From a virus (lineage: Duplodnaviria; Caudoviricetes): a DNA stretch of 64,000 bases. The position numbers and the translations under genes were made by a program. The stretch lies in the IMG/VR virus record IMGVR_UViG_2859564202_000001. One strand, written 5' to 3'. A model generated the notes under the pieces. That model searched no databases, had not been told where the DNA came from, and worked only from the letters and a program-made list of their open reading frames with translations. Shown one piece after another: positions 1 to 9,697 of the stretch. Every line of letters starts with the position of its first letter. Position 1 is the stretch's first letter.

Positions 1-2190
1 GAGCGACAGCGTGCGTCGAATCGTATTAAACAGCATGGCACCGGCGTAACCGATACCGATCACGATGAAGCTACCCATCAGGGACATTGCAGAGAACCAG
101 TACACAAAGTTCATGGCACCAGAACCGATAAGACTCACTGCGCTATGCGATGCACGGGTGTAGCTTGACGCAGAAGTGGACGTAGAAAAGACACTTGCAT
201 CAGCTGGATGGAATGAGGTGTTGAGGAAGTTGTACATCGTCAAGGGCGACATATTGCAGTCACTTCGGTAGTCCCCGACCACAGCACGAGAACCTGTCAC
301 GACTGAGTTGTTGCATGACGCTGTCGCATCACCAGATTTAAATGACACCGCATTGCGGTCAATAGGTCGTCCCTGCAGACCAGCTGAGTCGCTGACCTCA
401 AGCAATGGATTGTTCGCATCAGCTAATTCAGCAGCAGTGATCTCATTAAGACCAGAGGCTGTGTTGTAACCAGTAACCCAGGCCATTACATCACCACCGG
501 CAACAGCTTCGCCACTTCCCTCTTTCGAGGTCAAAGATTCCATCGCACTTCGAATAGAGGTTTCGAAACTGCCAGAGGAGATACTGTCGTTGTCGATATA
601 ACGACTCAGTAGCGCGATGGTTCCCTGGAAAATAGTCGTCGCCGAACTTGATGAGGTCCCATCGGTGCCAGAATTGGCTGGATCCGCCATCTTTTCCATC
701 CAGTCCATGCTATAGCCTAGATCCATGGAACCTGGATTCTTAAAAGTAGTAAAACTCTCATTTGATTGAGCATTAATTTCCAACGCCGAATTGCGTACCA
801 TCCGCATGGACTGCCCTGTTGGCGCCTGATCCTCCAGACTCCACGCCAGTGTTACTTTGTCAGGAACACGCATACGGGTGTTTTCTGCCCATGATTGGAA
901 ATCCACGTAGGTGGACAACACAATCTTTGTCGCATTTGATCCAGCACTTGTGGAACTACCGCTGTCGAGGAAGGAATCCAGCGCACCGGTATAAGAGACA
1001 CCAAGCAGTGGCAGGCCAACGACACCGTACACGACGCGGATAACAACCTTTTTAAACGCTGATCCCTTGTCCATGCGTCGAAACATCAACGCACCCATCA
1101 TAAACAGACCAATGGAGACAGGAATAACGATGAGCCAGCCCACAGTCACTGACCAGTTATAGATCAACCCGAAGAAATCAGTCATTCCTTCAAACGGTGT
1201 TCCTTCTGTGGTCTGCCCACCAGCCATATTCTCAGTGAATGTCTTGTTAGTATTCTGAGATACTGGTCCAACGAGCAGTCTAAATGGGTTTATGGTGCTC
1301 AAGATATTCAGCACAGTGTTAAAAACCAGATCAATGCCTCCGGAGATGATGTACGCGATCATCATCGCGTACCCCATGCCCTTACGCTGAGCAAAATCAG
1401 TCTGCGAATCCTCCGCCTTTGAGCTATCAAAGCCTAAGCCACTCAGTGTCGCGCCAAATAATGCAAAGTGATAAGGCCCTTGAAAGGCATGATCAGCTAG
1501 AGAATCATAGGAGTACGTTTTCTCGTTGTTGGCAACACCATTACCAAAGAACCAACCAGAGTCCTCGTTGTGTTTCGCGTCAGCATAACCAAGGACATTG
1601 CCTCCGTTGGCGGCCTTACTGAGAATGCCCTCCCACACCTTAAGACCGGCGTCCTCAGAATCGAGGAACTCGTTCGGTCCGCCTTCCTCTACACCGGCAG
1701 TAGCTGCCCGACCATTGCCATAGAACGATGCCATCGCAGAGGCCATACGGTACATGGAGTAATCAGGGGCTTTATCAAGGTTCTGTTCTTTACGTTGCTC
1801 TTCGTTTTTCGCATCGTAGAAGCACTTCAAGACATCTTCTGCTTCGAGACACTTCTCGATAATGTGCATTTCACCTAAGTTCTCGGTGATGCACTTAAGA
1901 AGCATCTCGGTGTCACCATCACTGGGACAAATCGCTTCAAAGGCAACCTCGCCCATAGCACCGACAACCTGGGCAATAATAGCGCTGGCGAAAGCATTAG
2001 CTTCACGTTCCTTGTTACCAAACGCACCAAAGCTCAAACCCACTGAGATCAAGAGCGTCATGACAACAGCCATCGTTCGGCGTCGCCACGTCTTGTGTCG
2101 GTTGTGTTTAAGCTCCATGCGCGCAATCTCAGCATCTACGTCCTGCTCACTAAGCTGTACAGGTTGCGGTTCTAAAACTGTCGCAGTCAC
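1..2190 (-). CDS. Large multi-pass membrane protein, 3'-partial (runs off the left edge); possible conjugation channel component (VirB6/TcpH-like)
   Basis: Not in the ORF track. Hand translation from GTG at 2190: MTATVLEPQPVQLSEQDVDAEIARMELKHNRHKTWRRRTMAVVMTLLISVGLSFGAFG...; frame open where spot-checked (e.g. LADHAFQGPYHFALFGATLSGLG...GMGYAMMIAYIISGGIDLVF). Several hydrophobic segments. Function inferred from context only. Confidence 0.7.
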   Translation of the reverse strand, partial: MTATVLEPQPVQLSEQDVDAEIARMELKHNRHKTWRRRTMAVVMTLLISVGLSFGAFGNKEREANAFASAIIAQVVGAMGEVAFEAICPSDGDTEMLLKCITENLGEMHIIEKCLEAEDVLKCFYDAKNEEQRKEQNLDKAPDYSMYRMASAMASFYGNGRAATAGVEEGGPNEFLDSEDAGLKVWEGILSKAANGGNVLGYADAKHNEDSGWFFGNGVANNEKTYSYDSLADHAFQGPYHFALFGATLSGLGFDSSKAEDSQTDFAQRKGMGYAMMIAYIISGGIDLVFNTVLNILSTINPFRLLVGPVSQNTNKTFTENMAGGQTTEGTPFEGMTDFFGLIYNWSVTVGWLIVIPVSIGLFMMGALMFRRMDKGSAFKKVVIRVVYGVVGLPLLGVSYTGALDSFLDSGSSTSAGSNATKIVLSTYVDFQSWAENTRMRVPDKVTLAWSLEDQAPTGQSMRMVRNSALEINAQSNESFTTFKNPGSMDLGYSMDWMEKMADPANSGTDGTSSSSATTIFQGTIALLSRYIDNDSISSGSFETSIRSAMESLTSKEGSGEAVAGGDVMAWVTGYNTASGLNEITAAELADANNPLLEVSDSAGLQGRPIDRNAVSFKSGDATASCNNSVVTGSRAVVGDYRSDCNMSPLTMYNFLNTSFHPADASVFSTSTSASSYTRASHSAVSLIGSGAMNFVYWFSAMSLMGSFIVIGIGYAGAMLFNTIRRTLSL

Positions 2191-2280
2191 TTGCCCGCCA
2201 CCCCCTCAATATTCGTTTTAAACAATTGCTTAAAAAGTTTCATTAATCCCCAATTCAAAGTTATTTTAGAATGGAATATA

Positions 2281-2315
2281 GAAACTTTAACACATTAAAA
2301 TTGAATATTAAATGT
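2281..2315 (-). promoter_or_regulatory. Putative promoter/operator shared with 28961-28995
   Basis: GAAACTTTAACACA-N11-TATTAAATGT on +; the minus strand contains the extended -10-like TGTTAAAGT about 90 bp upstream of the 2190 start. Confidence 0.5.
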
Positions 2316-2372
2316 TGTTTAAAGTCGAAATTGTGAATCCAGATGGATGGGTATATCCAGCTCAAGACGTAA

Positions 2373-2408
2373 AAACCACCCTGTACACCATCAGGTACAG
2401 GGTGGTTA
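2373..2408. terminator. Intrinsic terminator
   Basis: aaccaccctgtac...gtacagggtggtt inverted repeat just after the stop of 2436-3017. Confidence 0.7.
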
Positions 2409-2435
2409 AAGCGGGGTGCTTTAAGTGAAATAGCT

Positions 2436-3017
2436 TTATTCAGTGGGCTTATACGAGTCAAGCTCCGTACCCATGTCATACAAGTCAGGAGATTCGCCAT
2501 CAAAAAACAACTCACAATACTCAGGGACCCCATCACAGTAATCACCTAATGTAATACGAGATGCCGAGGATTCAGCCTCTAAATCTGTAAATCCCAATTC
2601 AGACAAATGAGCGATGACATCACTACGCACCTCGTCAAGCTTCTCGCTTCGCGCGCCACCAAAGTACCAAGATTCCAAATAGCCAACAGCCTGGTAATCC
2701 GCAGCGAATTGGAAACCATCACCCAAGCGCTCCGCAGCCGCCTGCGCATCAGCTTTATCAAAGCCCTTACCTACAGCGTTGTCCACAGCCACAGCAGCAG
2801 ATGATCCATCAGCCACAGCAGAACGCATAAAGGTGTCTAATTGAGCATCCTTATCAACAGCTGCAGAATCTGTTGTGTCAGCCGATGCAGAAGATGAGCC
2901 AGTACTGCTACTACTAGCACCGCTACTGTCCGGGCCGTCAGCATCACTAGAGCAAGCAGATAAGCCAAACATCAGCGTACTGACAGCCAGCAGCGCAAGA
3001 GTTTTATTCTTCAACAT
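2436..3017 (-). CDS. Putative lipoprotein
   Basis: Basic N-terminus, hydrophobic stretch, lipobox LSAC, Ser-rich linker. Confidence 0.8.
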   Translation of the reverse strand: MLKNKTLALLAVSTLMFGLSACSSDADGPDSSGASSSSTGSSSASADTTDSAAVDKDAQLDTFMRSAVADGSSAAVAVDNAVGKGFDKADAQAAAERLGDGFQFAADYQAVGYLESWYFGGARSEKLDEVRSDVIAHLSELGFTDLEAESSASRITLGDYCDGVPEYCELFFDGESPDLYDMGTELDSYKPTE

Positions 3018-3421
3018 GAGTTACGTCCTTAATATATACAGCAGTCGTGGTGTGGACCATGACTGCTGTAGAAGTCTCCCCCTGCACCCATGGTTAGCGT
3101 ACTTTAATATTTATAACCCAAACCATATTATTTCGCAGAATTATGTGCAAAATGTAGCGACTGCGCTACTACCCCCGGTAGAACATGGGGGGATTTAAAG
3201 AGGAAATAGCGCCGAACATACGTGAAATAGAGACAAGCAAATAGTCTATCAGAGCACATAAAGGTGCCATACCCACTCTTTCAACTGATGACATAGGCAT
3301 TCCACCCGAATGAGTAGTCGCACAACCAAGACAAATCAACGCTGTGTTACCCAACCGGATGGTGTAAGAAGCACTGAAGACTTGATTTAAAGTCATCCCC
3401 CGCTGACGGCCTTGAATTTCT

Positions 3422-4369
3422 CTAGCCACCTGAAACCAGTTGTGGGATGTTTTCGATTATCTGTTTACCTACAAGATTTAACATTGTAGTGAAGGCTTTA
3501 TCGCCGGCTTTTATGCTGAGTTCCTTCAACTTTTCAAAAGCATTCTGGATAAAACCTTTATTCGGAGACTCCTTCTTCAACTCATCCGCGATGGATTGAA
3601 TGCTTTCTTCGGCTTCAGCTCTAGCTTCCCCTAAGTCGAACTTTTCAGGATTAATGGTCTGCATAATCTTCAGTAGGTCATCCACGGACAATCCCTTCTG
3701 CACAGCTTTAGCGCTGTTACCAATGGCTACAGCTCCATTGGCTTGAGTGATTGTAGTTTCGTAGTTATTTTCAATGTGCTTCATGACCGTGGCATTAACC
3801 TTTTCGCTGCTTGGTAGTTCATCCAGAGGAGTTGCGTGTGTGAGGTCGGCAATCATGGAAGTCATTAGAGTTCGGATGCGGTCCACAATTCCCGAAAAAT
3901 AAGAGTTATCTAAGTAAACATTTAAATTCAAAATTTGATTTAATGGCGCGTACTGATCATTATGAAGATCGCGGACCCGAAGTAAATTCGGGGGCGATAA
4001 ATTAATCCCATCCTGCCTAGTCGACCATTCAATTAGCGTTTGAATCGGCTGATCAAAATGCAGCTCTTCAGGGAAATACTTACGAGCTCTTTCAGGAACA
4101 TTATGTGGCCCCAGTACCATATTAGACATTATTGAATTACCAGCTTGAATTTTCGCGAATACAGGAGGTCCTTTCAATTTGCGATATTCCGGAATACCAT
4201 CAATGGAGCCATAACCATTTAATTCATTTTTCGCCCACTCTTGTAAAGAGTCCGAGTTAGTATCACTTCCAAGGAAGATACACGCCCGAAGAAGCTCCGT
4301 TAATGGACGCTCTTCTATTAAGCCTTTTCTGATGGATACAAGCAGAGAATCAGTCATGCTAAATATCAT
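3422..4369 (-). CDS. AbiTii-domain protein (abortive-infection related)
   Basis: N-terminal L..LLRAC..LG......L..WA..ELNGY.....IPEYR pattern typical of AbiTii; helical C-terminus. Confidence 0.7.
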   Translation of the reverse strand: MIFSMTDSLLVSIRKGLIEERPLTELLRACIFLGSDTNSDSLQEWAKNELNGYGSIDGIPEYRKLKGPPVFAKIQAGNSIMSNMVLGPHNVPERARKYFPEELHFDQPIQTLIEWSTRQDGINLSPPNLLRVRDLHNDQYAPLNQILNLNVYLDNSYFSGIVDRIRTLMTSMIADLTHATPLDELPSSEKVNATVMKHIENNYETTITQANGAVAIGNSAKAVQKGLSVDDLLKIMQTINPEKFDLGEARAEAEESIQSIADELKKESPNKGFIQNAFEKLKELSIKAGDKAFTTMLNLVGKQIIENIPQLVSGG

Positions 4370-4426
4370 AATCCATCAAACATTTGATCGGTGTCAATCA
4401 ATGCGTTCTGGACTGAGGTGACCACC

Positions 4427-4564
4427 ATGCAAGACGAGGTGGACCTAGTGATCACCAACCCGCCGTTTTCTCTGTTCCGTGAGTTCCTGAGTTGGCTATT
4501 ACACGGTGACGTGTTGTTTTCTATCATCGGTAACGCGAACGTAATCACATATCTAGGTGCCTGA
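4427..4564 (+). pseudogene. Remnant of an EcoRI-family adenine methyltransferase
   Basis: Hand translation MQDEVDLVITNPPFSLFREFLSWLLHGDVLFSIIGNANVITYLGA*; the TNPPFSLFRE motif is characteristic of M.EcoRI-like enzymes; only 45 codons remain. Confidence 0.75.
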
Positions 4565-4713
4565 ATCTAGATTAAAACTATAAACATTATTTAAAACCAT
4601 TGCCTTATTGGAGCATGCTGCAAGCTTTTCGCGGTGGGCTTGCAACATCTTACATCAGAATGAATGATGTTAAACACCTAATAAGTTCAAGTAGTTAAAA
4701 GGAAATATCAACA

Positions 4714-5091
4714 ATGTTACGAAAAGCATCTATCACGCTAATGATATCCGTTACGCTCTTAACATGTGCCTCTCCAGCACAGGCACTGTCATCACAAGCA
4801 CTCTCGTCAGAAAGCTCCACTTCGCAGAGTGATTCTCCTACGCAATTTGTTGCGAGTATAGCTGCGCCCTTCAATAAGAACTTAACCTATGAGCAGCGCA
4901 AAGCCATTCGTTTCGGACCTACGACAGAACAAGAAGCAGAACAATGCTTGGCAAAGTATGGTCGCGATGGCGAGGGGCCATGGCCTGCTATTGCTATCTA
5001 TCCTGACTGCTCCTTCGATACTATCGAACAAGATTTCTATGATCAAGCAATATCCAAAGCCCTCTCAGTAATCAGTCTGGGAAGCTCCTAG
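4714..5091 (+). CDS. Secreted protein ending in SLGSS
   Basis: AAGGA RBS, signal peptide ending AQA, two mature-region Cys, C-terminal GSS. Confidence 0.75.
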   Translation: MLRKASITLMISVTLLTCASPAQALSSQALSSESSTSQSDSPTQFVASIAAPFNKNLTYEQRKAIRFGPTTEQEAEQCLAKYGRDGEGPWPAIAIYPDCSFDTIEQDFYDQAISKALSVISLGSS

Positions 5092-5208
5092 AAGACTCGT
5101 AACGACCAAAAGCACCGAGAACAGATGCAACTCAAGCCCATTTACATCTGTTCTCGGTGCACTCGTATTTATAGCCTCGCGCATAGCTTCCAAAATCCAG
5201 AATCAGAT
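5042..5208 (+). repeat. Direct repeat copy 1 (about 167 bp; includes a terminator hairpin)
   Basis: Near-identical to 10761-10928; contains gcaccgagaacagatg...catctgttctcggtgc. Confidence 0.9.
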
Positions 5209-5235
5209 GGCGCAATTAAATCAAGATCTCAGAAC

Positions 5236-7059
5236 TCATTTTTCAATCTCTTCTTTTAGGGCACCCGTCATCAATTGAGCTATCGGCCATTCATTAAAAA
5301 CTGCGCGTCGATCAACCGAAAGCTGAGTAAGCAAAAAATTCGCCTCTTCTCTATCGTCAAGAAGCAAAGCGCAACCAATCATAATCTCGCTATAGTTGTC
5401 TGGGTGCATTGTTTGATCAAGATTATGCCTAAAAGATCGAATTTCTGTTCTTTGTGAATCCAGTAATCCAGTTTGGCGATACAAAATTTGCCAACCATTA
5501 AGCCTGTAAATTGGCGACTCTTCTCGATCTCGTTCCACGAGCCAATCATTGAGAGCTTGAGCTGCTATAAGAAATGCAGTTTTCCTGCTCTGCTCAGAAT
5601 CAGCTGCCTTAATTAGGCGAAGCACCATCCATGTGGCGAGATTATCAACATCAACAGTTTCTTCAAGCGCTGAATAGAAATCAACAAGCTTATCCAAATG
5701 CAGATTCAATACTGATGGAAGCCATCGATTATCAATGAGCTCGTACGGCGTCACTCGCTCGATTGAGGAGTCGCTCCGATCCGTTGAAGGTGTCATAGCA
5801 AAATGATGACGCTTGGAAATTACTTCATGATAAGTCCACTCCCCTGCAACATCACCAGGGTGAGCTATCAACGCAAGATTCCAACGACCAAAAGGCTGCA
5901 ATATAAGTCTAGTCTCATCTTTAACCTCTAAATTCTTTACGTATTCTCCCTTAACGGCTGTTCGATACACAATATCCAACTGCCAGAACTGTTTTTCTGT
6001 AATCTCACCAATTCGAATAAGGGACGGATCAATATTGAAATGGTTAGCTATTTCTACCAACTGACGAAGAACACCCGCTTCATCCTTAAGGTCAGCCACA
6101 GTCCGGTTCGAGTTAATCTTCAACACAACAGGTTCTTCATTAATAAAAAACGTATTCGCCTGAAGCACTCCTAGGAAGAACTCAATGTCTTTTAACCGTT
6201 CAGGAAGACTATCTTGAAACTCAACCGTAACGCTCCCCGGAGCATCAATGGCGAGCTTTTGTAGGCGGAGAGTAATCCCCTTTCCGATTTTCAATTCAAT
6301 GTGCTCATCATCAATGTTTCGATGCAAAACATTGTCATAGACGACCCCATTACACGAAACATTATAATTGGCTTGATGAAACTGCATATTCGGGGGTATT
6401 ATTTCTACGGTGGCATTGACGAACTGTTCAATTCCATCCCCAGTACGAATAATGATCGAATGGTCTGGCGAACTACCATCATATACAGCCAGCTTATCCC
6501 TATTAAGGGGTTCAGCCGATTTAACAGTAATTGATTCCATATTTTCATAGAGATAGTTACTGGGGTTCTCGACTATCTTTTCTTGCCTCGATGCGAGCGC
6601 TAATGCGATTATGGCTTCCATTCGATCTTCATCAGATGGTAACCGTTTTAAGCGGACGCTAATTGTCTTTTGGCCCGGCTTCGCTTTACTCAGTAGATCA
6701 TGAATATAAAACGGTTTCAAAAGAACATACTTTGGATATTTCTTATTTGATTTCTTATCAATATCAACCACAAAAAATAAGAGACCAGCCAGTGTCACGA
6801 AGCCTCGTAGATCAACTACTGAGACCGGATAGCTATTTAAGTCGGCAGCCTTGGCATTAACCTTTCGCCCTTTAATCTGAACATTCACCCGACCCCCAAA
6901 GCTACGCTTAGCTCCAGAAGCATCATTACTAATATCTATGTGTCCATCTGTAAAAGTGGTTTTATCATTTTCACTAAAAAACCCCTCTAAATGCGCACAT
7001 GAATCGATCATCTTGCCTATTTTTCGAACCGCAGTTTTCTCTGTTTTCGATGTACTCAT
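5236..7059 (-). CDS. DUF4365-like N-terminal domain protein (PD-(D/E)xK-related), candidate defence protein
   Basis: NDKTTFTDGHID...RVNVQIKG motif at the N-terminus of a 607-aa AT-rich gene. Confidence 0.6.
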   Translation of the reverse strand: MSTSKTEKTAVRKIGKMIDSCAHLEGFFSENDKTTFTDGHIDISNDASGAKRSFGGRVNVQIKGRKVNAKAADLNSYPVSVVDLRGFVTLAGLLFFVVDIDKKSNKKYPKYVLLKPFYIHDLLSKAKPGQKTISVRLKRLPSDEDRMEAIIALALASRQEKIVENPSNYLYENMESITVKSAEPLNRDKLAVYDGSSPDHSIIIRTGDGIEQFVNATVEIIPPNMQFHQANYNVSCNGVVYDNVLHRNIDDEHIELKIGKGITLRLQKLAIDAPGSVTVEFQDSLPERLKDIEFFLGVLQANTFFINEEPVVLKINSNRTVADLKDEAGVLRQLVEIANHFNIDPSLIRIGEITEKQFWQLDIVYRTAVKGEYVKNLEVKDETRLILQPFGRWNLALIAHPGDVAGEWTYHEVISKRHHFAMTPSTDRSDSSIERVTPYELIDNRWLPSVLNLHLDKLVDFYSALEETVDVDNLATWMVLRLIKAADSEQSRKTAFLIAAQALNDWLVERDREESPIYRLNGWQILYRQTGLLDSQRTEIRSFRHNLDQTMHPDNYSEIMIGCALLLDDREEANFLLTQLSVDRRAVFNEWPIAQLMTGALKEEIEK

Positions 7060-7597
7060 TATGTATGAGACTTCCTTTTCTCGACTAACCGTTTCTCTCC
7101 TGATTCTATAATCTGGAACATGAAAGGTTTGACACGCTCACCTGGAATTAAAGGTGTCTCAGTCCATCAACTTGAGATATGAGTGACGAAAGACCCCCTC
7201 ACAGAAAGCATCAATTTCGCTACCGAGTCAAACCACGACGCTGATTTAATTTCGTCAAAGAAAGTCATGCTTAACAACTCTGGTTTTTCAGCCTCAGCGA
7301 CAACCAAACCGATAAAGTCCCCTTGATAAGTAAGCCTCAACGCCATAATTCGGCGGGACTTCATGGACATTGCTGTGGCTGTCTCCTCGGAAAGGCTATA
7401 CAGGTCGACCCCGGAGCAGCAGCCAAAAGAAAGGCACTGAAAGACTTTCCTGAAGACGAGTTTGGTAGGAATGCTAGCCGGGCAGGGTTTAGCGTTGGTC
7501 TACTTTTCTTAGGAATTGTCGTCAGCTACATCGCCAATATCGATTTACTGACAAAACCCACTCTACCTAGTTACGCCTGCAACTATCAGGTAATTCT

Positions 7598-8068
7598 CTA
7601 CCATTCTCGTGAGGCCGTCGATTTACTAAAAACCAAATCACCAGGACCTAACGCAGGCATGAGGATCTGCGTGTGGAATGCACGCTGCCCTAAATCAGAC
7701 ACGGCCTGTCGTGCATATGGCACCAGAGTAAAAATCGCATGGTTGTTAAAATAATCCACCATTGCATCAGATTCCGTTAAATAAACCTTATTCTCAGGAA
7801 TCAAATAGATTGCTTCAGGCTCTACCGTTATCTTTCCGTCGGGAACCTCGATGGACACCCTCAATGAAACCTCAATGATTCGCGGCACACCTTCTTCGTC
7901 TTTACTCTTGTCGTTAACAGTAACTCCAAGTTTAAACTCAGGACGATCTGATGGTTCCTCAATTTTGACCGATAACGCACTGAGCTCCCGATACTTTACA
8001 TCCGCAAGAACTAAGTGCTGCACTAACTCATCATGATGAGAAGGTAGATGCGCTGACATGATGTCCAT
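7598..8068 (-). CDS. SecB-like chaperone (TAC chaperone)
   Basis: C-terminal NHAIFTLVPYARQAVSDLGQRA...LMPAL fits the SecB N.A...L.PY.R..I..L...A....LP pattern; third gene after a toxin and an HTH gene. Confidence 0.75.
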   Translation of the reverse strand: MDIMSAHLPSHHDELVQHLVLADVKYRELSALSVKIEEPSDRPEFKLGVTVNDKSKDEEGVPRIIEVSLRVSIEVPDGKITVEPEAIYLIPENKVYLTESDAMVDYFNNHAIFTLVPYARQAVSDLGQRAFHTQILMPALGPGDLVFSKSTASREW

Positions 8069-8111
8069 CCTTGTCTTGGTATTTCAATCTCAACCTATAA
8101 AACCCGAAACA

Positions 8112-8495
8112 CTACGCCAAAATGGGCTTTTCCCAATCAACGTAGGGCGGGGCAGCTTCCTGGCCGGACACGGATACGTGATTGTTTGTCCTCGACTCAT
8201 ACTCTTGATAGAGGGTGGCAGAAGAGCTAACCCTATAAGATATAGAAGCATCTACCGCTAGCGCATAGCGTCGGATCGTAGACAGAGTGGGATTTGCATC
8301 GTAGTGCTCAAATTGAGAAATAGCACTCTGGGAAACGCCCATCCGATTAGCCACCTCGTCTTGGCTAATGCCAGCTTTCTTTCTCAAAGCTACAAGTGAG
8401 TCAAGGAATTCACGCTGGGAAGCCAGAAGAGCTTTAGCTTTAGCTTTCATCGCTTTCTTACTGTGCGTCATGAGTTTTACCTTATATCCTCTCAT
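8112..8495 (-). CDS. XRE/HTH_3 antitoxin (HigA-like) with C-terminal extension
   Basis: LVALRKKAGISQDEVANRMGVSQSAISQFE....NPTLSTIRRYALAV HTH, then a ~38-aa polar tail ending PPYVDWEKPILA. Confidence 0.85.
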   Translation of the reverse strand: MRGYKVKLMTHSKKAMKAKAKALLASQREFLDSLVALRKKAGISQDEVANRMGVSQSAISQFEHYDANPTLSTIRRYALAVDASISYRVSSSATLYQEYESRTNNHVSVSGQEAAPPYVDWEKPILA

Positions 8496-8549
8496 TCAAT
8501 TTTTTCTAAAAACTCGCCAATGGGGGTAGTTCGTTGATGTTAAGACGAA

Positions 8550-9059
8550 TTAATCTACTGGTGATCCATCAGCACTTAATTCGTCCCACAGTTTCACAGC
8601 AATTTCAATCTCGGTGTTTTGACGGTGTTTGGTGATTGTGTCATCAGTATTGATTTCTTTCTCGTGCGCATGAAGACCCAGAAACCAGTCACAACCTGAT
8701 TTTTCAACATAGTAGAGTCGCATCAATATTGAGTATCCATCACTGTATATCCCAGAAACTGGATCTTGATCTCTTACGAAAATGTCGTTCCATCTAATCT
8801 CAAACATATCCAGCTGCGGTTGACTGGAAATACTCTTAACATGCTCTTCGGGGGTCAATCGCCCCCTCTCCGCTAGCTCCAAACGATCTTCGATAAGAGC
8901 TTCCGCATCCGCTTCGGTCAACATATTGAAGACATACTTTCTCTTCAATATGTCCATTATTTTCTCTACAGTTTCTTCAATATGGTTATCAGAGCAGTTA
9001 TAACGCCAGTGATAATGCACCGGTTTACCACCACTGCAGATGCTTTGCTTAATGACCAT
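8550..9059 (-). CDS. RelE/HigB-like toxin
   Basis: VKSI.....MFEIRW...MRLYY......LGLHAHEK resembles HigB/RelE (l.ElR...RlyY...ll.hf.K); upstream of the antitoxin, as in HigBA. Confidence 0.65.
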   Translation of the reverse strand: MVIKQSICSGGKPVHYHWRYNCSDNHIEETVEKIMDILKRKYVFNMLTEADAEALIEDRLELAERGRLTPEEHVKSISSQPQLDMFEIRWNDIFVRDQDPVSGIYSDGYSILMRLYYVEKSGCDWFLGLHAHEKEINTDDTITKHRQNTEIEIAVKLWDELSADGSPVD

Positions 9060-9697
9060 CTACGCATGGTAGCTAAATTGACATGGCCGTCCCGAGAAAT
9101 AGTCTTTGCGTGACATAACTCATATATCATAAAACTACGGAACCTGAGCCGCAGCAGTTTTACCTGGAACAGTCGATTCGACGTCCTACTGGTGGTCCTA
9201 TCGCACCCCCTCAGGGCACCATCTAGCTGCAGGTTCACCTCGCTTGGGTCCGAGACTACCTAGTGACTGGCAGCAGTGGAGATGGGATAGCTCAGAACCT
9301 CCGTCAGCTGCACCGTGGGAAGATGACCGTTGGATTCCGTATGACGGTAATATATCCACACCAAACTGGACGATTGGCCCTTCCCCTTCGCCTGACTAAC
9401 CCAGCAACGCCAGCTTCAATCTGATACAACTATGGAATGCTACGAAAAATTCTTGAGCAGAAACTAGACGTATCCCTGCCTCAGACATAGCGCTCGGGGG
9501 GGATGGCTACGAGGGCAGGGATACATACATGATCATACCTTCGACGCTGTTCGCGCGCATTTCCTACACTGAAATTGTGAACAGGTTATGCTCCAGCGCT
9601 CTGCTTCTGGAGCATAACTCACCATCTGAGGGAGTTTTTCCTTCCAATGTGTGCAAACACGAGTAAGTAGATTCAAATTTGCTGATAAACCTGTAAT

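Noticed and set aside
819-2221. Several plus-strand ORFs in the track
   Set aside because: Shadows of the long minus-strand membrane-protein gene.
7167-7597. ORFs between the SecB-like and DUF4365 genes as a fourth TAC component
   Set aside because: No convincing RBS or motif; possibly decayed sequence.
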